This document shows, one piece after another, positions 59,674-64,000 of a DNA stretch of 64,000 bases (its first letter is position 1; every line of letters begins with the position of its first letter). The stretch lies in sequence record NC_105512.1. One strand, 5' to 3'. The position numbers and the translations under genes are program-made. Source of the stretch: Escherichia phage JLBYU43. The notes below the pieces were generated by a model, which was given only the letters and a program-made list of their open reading frames with translations, ran no database searches and had not been told where the DNA came from.

Positions 59674-61431
59674 TTAGGTAAGGCGTTGAACTGTTACTCT
59701 TAATCTAGGTAGGAAAACCGCACTACCTAAACTTACGTGCATAACTACCCCTAACTCTACATTCCCATTTCCTAGATTTTTAACTGTATATATGAAACTA
59801 TTCCTACTTAGTGCGTTATTAGGTGTGTATCTAAATGCAGATGTAGTATGAAATGGTACTAAGTAACCTACAGGTAGCGTTAAAATCTGGTGGAATATTG
59901 CATCTCCATTACTATAGCTATAAGCCCTTCTTCCCTGCACCTGAAATACACCGTTATTCCATGTATTAGCCGGAACACCTGCACAGTTAAGATTACCAGA
60001 TATAACTTCAGTAGTAAGAATAACAGTAGCATTACCTCCTGGAATTCCTAGTCCAATAGTAGATAGAGCCACGTATCTATCTCCAGTTCCGGGGTAGTAA
60101 GGAGTAATATCATCTCCCATGTAAGAACTACCAACATTTCCACTAAAAAGTCTCAGAGGAACTGAAGAAGGTCCCCAAACAACACCATGTTCGTTACCAA
60201 TAGTATTATTACTTGAGTTTACGTACCATTGCTTACCAGCTCCGAATTTGTAAATACTAATTTGAGACTTAGCCCCTCCATAGTCTACAGGAGACCATAA
60301 ACTCCCGTTACTAGAACCTACAAGTTCGCACCTTGCGGTGGTATCTCCAAAGGCTCCAGTGTACGCTGCGTTATTTCCGACGTATTCCATATCTGGCCTA
60401 TAACCTAAGTTACCAAAAGCATTCTGGTTAATAAACTTATACCCAGTATTAGGAAGACTAACCCCTTTTATAGTAAAATTAGAGGGTGAGATAAGAATAT
60501 CTGAACCAGTAAAAGGATTACCAGAGATACCCATATTACCATTAGAATACCTCAGATTAAGTACATACCAAATAACCTTAGTAGGAGTTATGTTATACCA
60601 ATCCTGTAGTATTGTAGAATCACCAGATTGATTAGCTAAATTAGTTGTAGAACCCCTACAAACAAATCTGTTACCCCCATCGTGGTACATAGTATTTACA
60701 TTGCCAGGAAGACCTTGTCTTACCCCGCCATACCCACGTATGTTAGAGCTACAAACATAGAACCAATCGTGTCCTCTGTGTGCTGATCCTAAAGGAGACA
60801 TCCATCCCGGGTCCCAGTAATATTGGTTATTACCATCTATAGGTACTGTACTACTATTAGTAGGAAAACCCAACTGTGCAAAAGCTTTTGCAACAGTAAT
60901 ACCTACTGGAGCTTCTGCACCTGGCCTAACTATACCATGATAAGTACTATGTAGGGTAGTTCCCCCAGTACCATTTCTAGAGATAGATTCTTCATGCCCT
61001 ATAGATGGGTTATAGTTATATGTTCCAGATGCCAGGCTATTACCAAATGCAAATCCACTAGTTTGGGAAACGCTAGCAAAAGATCTAAAAGGATCTGCTT
61101 GAGTGGCAACTATAGTTTGACCAACTTTACTCTGAGTACCATTAAGAAAAGCTCTGTGAGTACCATTTATCTCAATAGCAGTTAGTATAACTCTACCAGG
61201 ATCGTTAGATTTAATATTTATTATGTCAGCGGGCATTTGACATACAAAAAACCCATTACCGGCATCACCTAATCCAGACTCATAAGTACCATCAACTAGG
61301 ACGAAAGGCATATCGGAGTGGAAGATACTATTAGTATTTGGAGAATAGTGCTCACCAGTATCACCACCATTAGCAGCGTTTAGAGATAATACAGTTTTAC
61401 CATCACTAAATTTTCCTGCGAAAAAACTCAT
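59674..61431 (-). CDS. receptor-binding tail protein (pb5-like, 585 aa)
   Basis: N-terminus MSFFAGK; divergent orientation to llp; RBS AAGGAGA. Confidence 0.7.
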
Positions 61432-61455
61432 ACAATCTCCTTCTTTAAAAATGTA

Positions 61456-61484
61456 TTTGCTTAGATCCCTCTATTTTGCTATAA
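61456..61484 (+). promoter_or_regulatory. promoter for llp
   Basis: TTGCTT-17-TATAAT. Confidence 0.6.
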
Positions 61485-61514
61485 TATATTTATAAATTAA
61501 ACAGAGGAACGATT

Positions 61515-61781
61515 ATGAAAAAGTTACTAGCTATCGTAGTTGCAGCAGTAGTGTTGACTGGTTGTGTACCAGCTCCCGAGCCATTCTGTAAGGCATACGT
61601 GAAGTCTTATGGACATGTTGGTGAAGAACACTACGCTTTAGATATTCGAGAAGCACGTACTGTGGGCTACCGATTCCCTAAAACTCAGTTACGCACTAAG
61701 TTTGGGTGGTGGGATTTGTCACAGTTTGATCTCAAATATGGTGATTGCAAATTTAAACTAGAACAATCTGGTCACTTGTAA
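61515..61781 (+). CDS. llp: Llp-like lipoprotein (superinfection exclusion)
   Basis: signal peptide with lipobox LTGC; RBS GAGGAA; divergent from RBP gene. Confidence 0.7.
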   Translation: MKKLLAIVVAAVVLTGCVPAPEPFCKAYVKSYGHVGEEHYALDIREARTVGYRFPKTQLRTKFGWWDLSQFDLKYGDCKFKLEQSGHL

Positions 61782-62110
61782 TTAGTATAAAGTAAAAAGA
61801 TCTCGAAGTAAACAAAAATTTTTATTTCTGGGATGAGGTACAGGTAGCAAACACAATGCAAGATGAAGAAAAGTCCTTTCAGGAACCTGTTAACTTTGAA
61901 ATAAATCCCAGGAATAAAAAGCAATACATGATGCAATTGATGAAATCATTCAAGACGTCATAGAAGATACAGTAGAAGACGTGATGGGAACATCCTTCTT
62001 ACTAGAAGAATCCGGCTTCGACGAAGTAATGGATCTAATCGGGACAGTCGTAATGGTTCGTGCAATTGCTAGGGTATTCCAAATACCAGGACTACAGGAG
62101 AAGCAAAGAG

Positions 62111-62650
62111 ATGTCAGACGATAATAGAAGAAGGCAAGAGGAATTAAAAAGACTCTATGACTATAATCCAGAGACGGGAATTTTTATCCAGAAAACTACA
62201 CGTGGAGGTAAAATAGCAGGTAGTATTGCTGGATCACTCCACTCTAGTGGGTATATACATATAAGGTTTGAGGGCAAGCCTCAGAAAGCACATAGATTAG
62301 CCTTCCTATTTATGGAAGGATATATCCCAGAAGAAGTTGATCATATAAATAGAGTACGTAATGATAATAGATGGACTAACTTAAAAGAATCCTCCAGGTC
62401 TGAAAACAATAGTAATGTAAAACGTAAAAACAAATCTGGATATTCAGGAGTTCACTGGAATAAGAGAGATTTAGGATGGCAAGTCACCATTAGGAAAAAG
62501 GGAATTAGTTATTCAAATGGATTTTTTGAATACTCTGAACTACCACAAGCGGTTGAAGCTGCTAATAAACTTAGGTTAGATTTATATGGCAAATCAGCTC
62601 TGATAGAAGAATTCGACGGAAAGTTACCAAGTATTGAGGATTTAGTATGA
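62111..62650 (+). CDS. HNH homing endonuclease with AP2-like domain
   Basis: ATG 62111 with RBS AGGAGAA; VDHINR...NRWTNL. Confidence 0.7.
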   Translation: MSDDNRRRQEELKRLYDYNPETGIFIQKTTRGGKIAGSIAGSLHSSGYIHIRFEGKPQKAHRLAFLFMEGYIPEEVDHINRVRNDNRWTNLKESSRSENNSNVKRKNKSGYSGVHWNKRDLGWQVTIRKKGISYSNGFFEYSELPQAVEAANKLRLDLYGKSALIEEFDGKLPSIEDLV

Positions 62651-62751
62651 AAAAGGTAATAGATGCGTGGATAAATAGTTTCGGATTCGGAACTGTATTA
62701 TTCTTTATCTTTGTACTCTTTTGGTTAGCAGCTATGGCGGGGTGGATTTAA
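62647..62751 (+). CDS. tiny membrane protein 1 (34 aa)
   Basis: ATGA overlap with HNH stop; hydrophobic FGFGTVLFFIFVLFWLAAMAGW. Confidence 0.35.
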   Translation: MKKVIDAWINSFGFGTVLFFIFVLFWLAAMAGWI

Positions 62752-62906
62752 TGGAATGGGTAATTATTGGCATATTCGTCTTATTGATACTTCTCTTTGT
62801 AGGCTTACGTGTAATAGATACCTCTGTAACCCAAACAGAAATTAAATTAATGCAGTTGAGCAATAGATTATCTAGAATTGAAACTTTATTAGAGGAGCGT
62901 AAATAA
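62751..62906 (+). CDS. tiny membrane protein 2 (51 aa)
   Basis: TAATG overlap; RBS GGGGTGGA; MEWVIIGIFVLLILLFVGL...RIETLLEERK. Confidence 0.45.
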   Translation: MEWVIIGIFVLLILLFVGLRVIDTSVTQTEIKLMQLSNRLSRIETLLEERK

Positions 62907-63013
62907 TGGAATGGGTAATTATTGCACTACTGGGGATTGTGATTATTGGGCAGTGTATTCTAGATAATCACTTAGCTAGAATTGAAACCTTACTATCGGA
63001 GAAACGTAAATGA
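62906..63013 (+). CDS. tiny membrane protein 3 (35 aa)
   Basis: TAATG overlap; first 19 nt identical to protein 2; RIETLLSEKRK. Confidence 0.4.
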   Translation: MEWVIIALLGIVIIGQCILDNHLARIETLLSEKRK

Positions 63014-63204
63014 TGGAAGTGGCAATTACACTAATGGTAATATTAGTCTGGGTAATCCTCATTGTCTCTCGTATCGTGTATCTCCGCCTAAAAACTCTAG
63101 AAGCCCAGGTAAAACAACAACAAGTTATTCTAGAAAAGCTAGTACTACTGCAACGTTGTGATAGCACCCGTATTCTGCAAATTGAGAGGGAATTAGATGT
63201 TTAG
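63013..63204 (+). CDS. tiny membrane protein 4 (63 aa)
   Basis: TGATG overlap; MEVAITLMVILVWVILIV then coiled charged tail. Confidence 0.45.
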   Translation: MEVAITLMVILVWVILIVSRIVYLRLKTLEAQVKQQQVILEKLVLLQRCDSTRILQIERELDV

Positions 63205-63421
63205 TATTGTAATTGCTTTTATTATCGGGATACTCGCGGGAGTTTTCGGGACGACTGCGGCAATTAACAAGCATCGTAAATATATTGCGGGAGTGTCGCG
63301 GGAAATTGCGGAAAGGGAGCGGAAGTTTGATGAGAAACGTGCGGAGTTTGAGCGAGAATGGTCGGATGGATCTCGGGCGTCGCGGAGGAGATTTAGGGCA
63401 AAGGTGAGCGATGAAGAATAA
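63197..63421 (+). CDS. tiny membrane protein 5 (74 aa), GC-rich codons
   Basis: RBS GAGAGGGAA; FSIVIAFIIGILAGVF then Arg/Glu-rich tail; gcg/cgg/ggg codons atypical for this genome. Confidence 0.45.
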   Translation: MFSIVIAFIIGILAGVFGTTAAINKHRKYIAGVSREIAERERKFDEKRAEFEREWSDGSRASRRRFRAKVSDEE

Positions 63422-63947
63422 CTTAAGTATACAGGACATAGAAGAAGCATTTGCTTATGATCCCGAAACTGGAGTTTTCACCTGGAAAAGCGGCAATCGT
63501 AAGGATAAAGAAGCAGGTACTTTAAATAGGGGGTATAGGCAGCTTAAATATCGAGGATTTAAAGCTTATGCACATCAAGTAGCTTTTGTTATTATGGAAA
63601 ATAGGTGGCCAGAGGAATGTGTAGACCATATAGATAGGAATAAGCTAAATAATAGGTGGTCAAATCTGCGAGAAGCTACAATTACGGAAAATAATCGTAA
63701 CGGTAGAACCTCAAAAACATCCTCAGGCTACCTAAATGTTACGTGGCATAAGGGACTTCAGAAATGGATGGTAAGATTACATGATAAGCATGGACTTATA
63801 AATGGTACTACTAAGTATTTTTCCTATGACAGATTGGAAGACGCAGTAAATTATGCGAATTTACTAAGAAAGAAATTTCATGGCAGCTTTGCAGTACAAG
63901 AGGCATTCAAAGGGAATATACCAGATGTTGTTCAGTTAAACAGTTAA
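63411..63947 (+). CDS. HNH homing endonuclease with AP2-like domain
   Basis: RBS AAAGGTGAG; VDHIDRNKLNNRWSNL; C-terminal half similar to 20707-21240. Confidence 0.7.
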   Translation: MKNNLSIQDIEEAFAYDPETGVFTWKSGNRKDKEAGTLNRGYRQLKYRGFKAYAHQVAFVIMENRWPEECVDHIDRNKLNNRWSNLREATITENNRNGRTSKTSSGYLNVTWHKGLQKWMVRLHDKHGLINGTTKYFSYDRLEDAVNYANLLRKKFHGSFAVQEAFKGNIPDVVQLNS

Positions 63948-64000
63948 TTAGCACTAAAATGACTTTTGCCAAATTCTTTGGATTACGTACGCGTGGGTGG

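Noticed and set aside
1-64000. Lysogeny or transposable-element functions (integrase, repressor, transposase, att sites)
   Set aside because: None found; gene content and promoter architecture indicate a strictly lytic T5-like phage, and the only mobile elements are free-standing homing endonuclease genes.

Overview
This 64 kb window reads as a contiguous block of a T5-like virulent siphophage (Tequintavirus-type), identified from sequence and memory only (no database search). The recognition rests on a near-exact copy of the T5 PN25 promoter at 14152-14180 with its downstream ATAAATTTGAGAGAGGAG box and MAGSRRKKHIHE gene, and on T5-like DNA polymerase, D15 flap endonuclease, pb2/pb3/pb8 structural proteins and a divergent RBP/Llp pair. 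Layout: nrdA and phoH on the minus strand (133-3581); a plus-strand early block (3.8-33.6 kb) with nrdD, a SIR2-family protein, a split NAD-dependent DNA ligase, primase, helicases, DNA polymerase, SbcCD-like D12/D13, FEN and dUTPase; a convergent bidirectional terminator at about 33.63 kb; then a minus-strand late block (33.66-61.43 kb) from L-shaped tail fibre through tape measure, tail tube, capsid, protease, portal and terminase to the receptor-binding protein; then plus-strand llp and HNH genes. Nine homing-endonuclease-like genes (six HNH-type, three zinc-finger/T5orf172-like) are interspersed. No tRNA, rRNA, CRISPR array, integrase or transposase was found. I see no single unambiguous new system; the best candidates for follow-up are a chain of five translationally coupled tiny membrane-protein ORFs between two HNH genes (62647-63421), a promoter-driven ~600 bp non-coding region upstream of a helicase gene (9854-10566), a zinc-ribbon-less SIR2 protein (7422-8198), a possible +1 frameshift chaperone pair before the tape measure gene (47209-48043), and a divergent RBP/Llp host-range module (59674-61781). 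Start codons were adjusted by RBS inspection and remain approximate for some genes.
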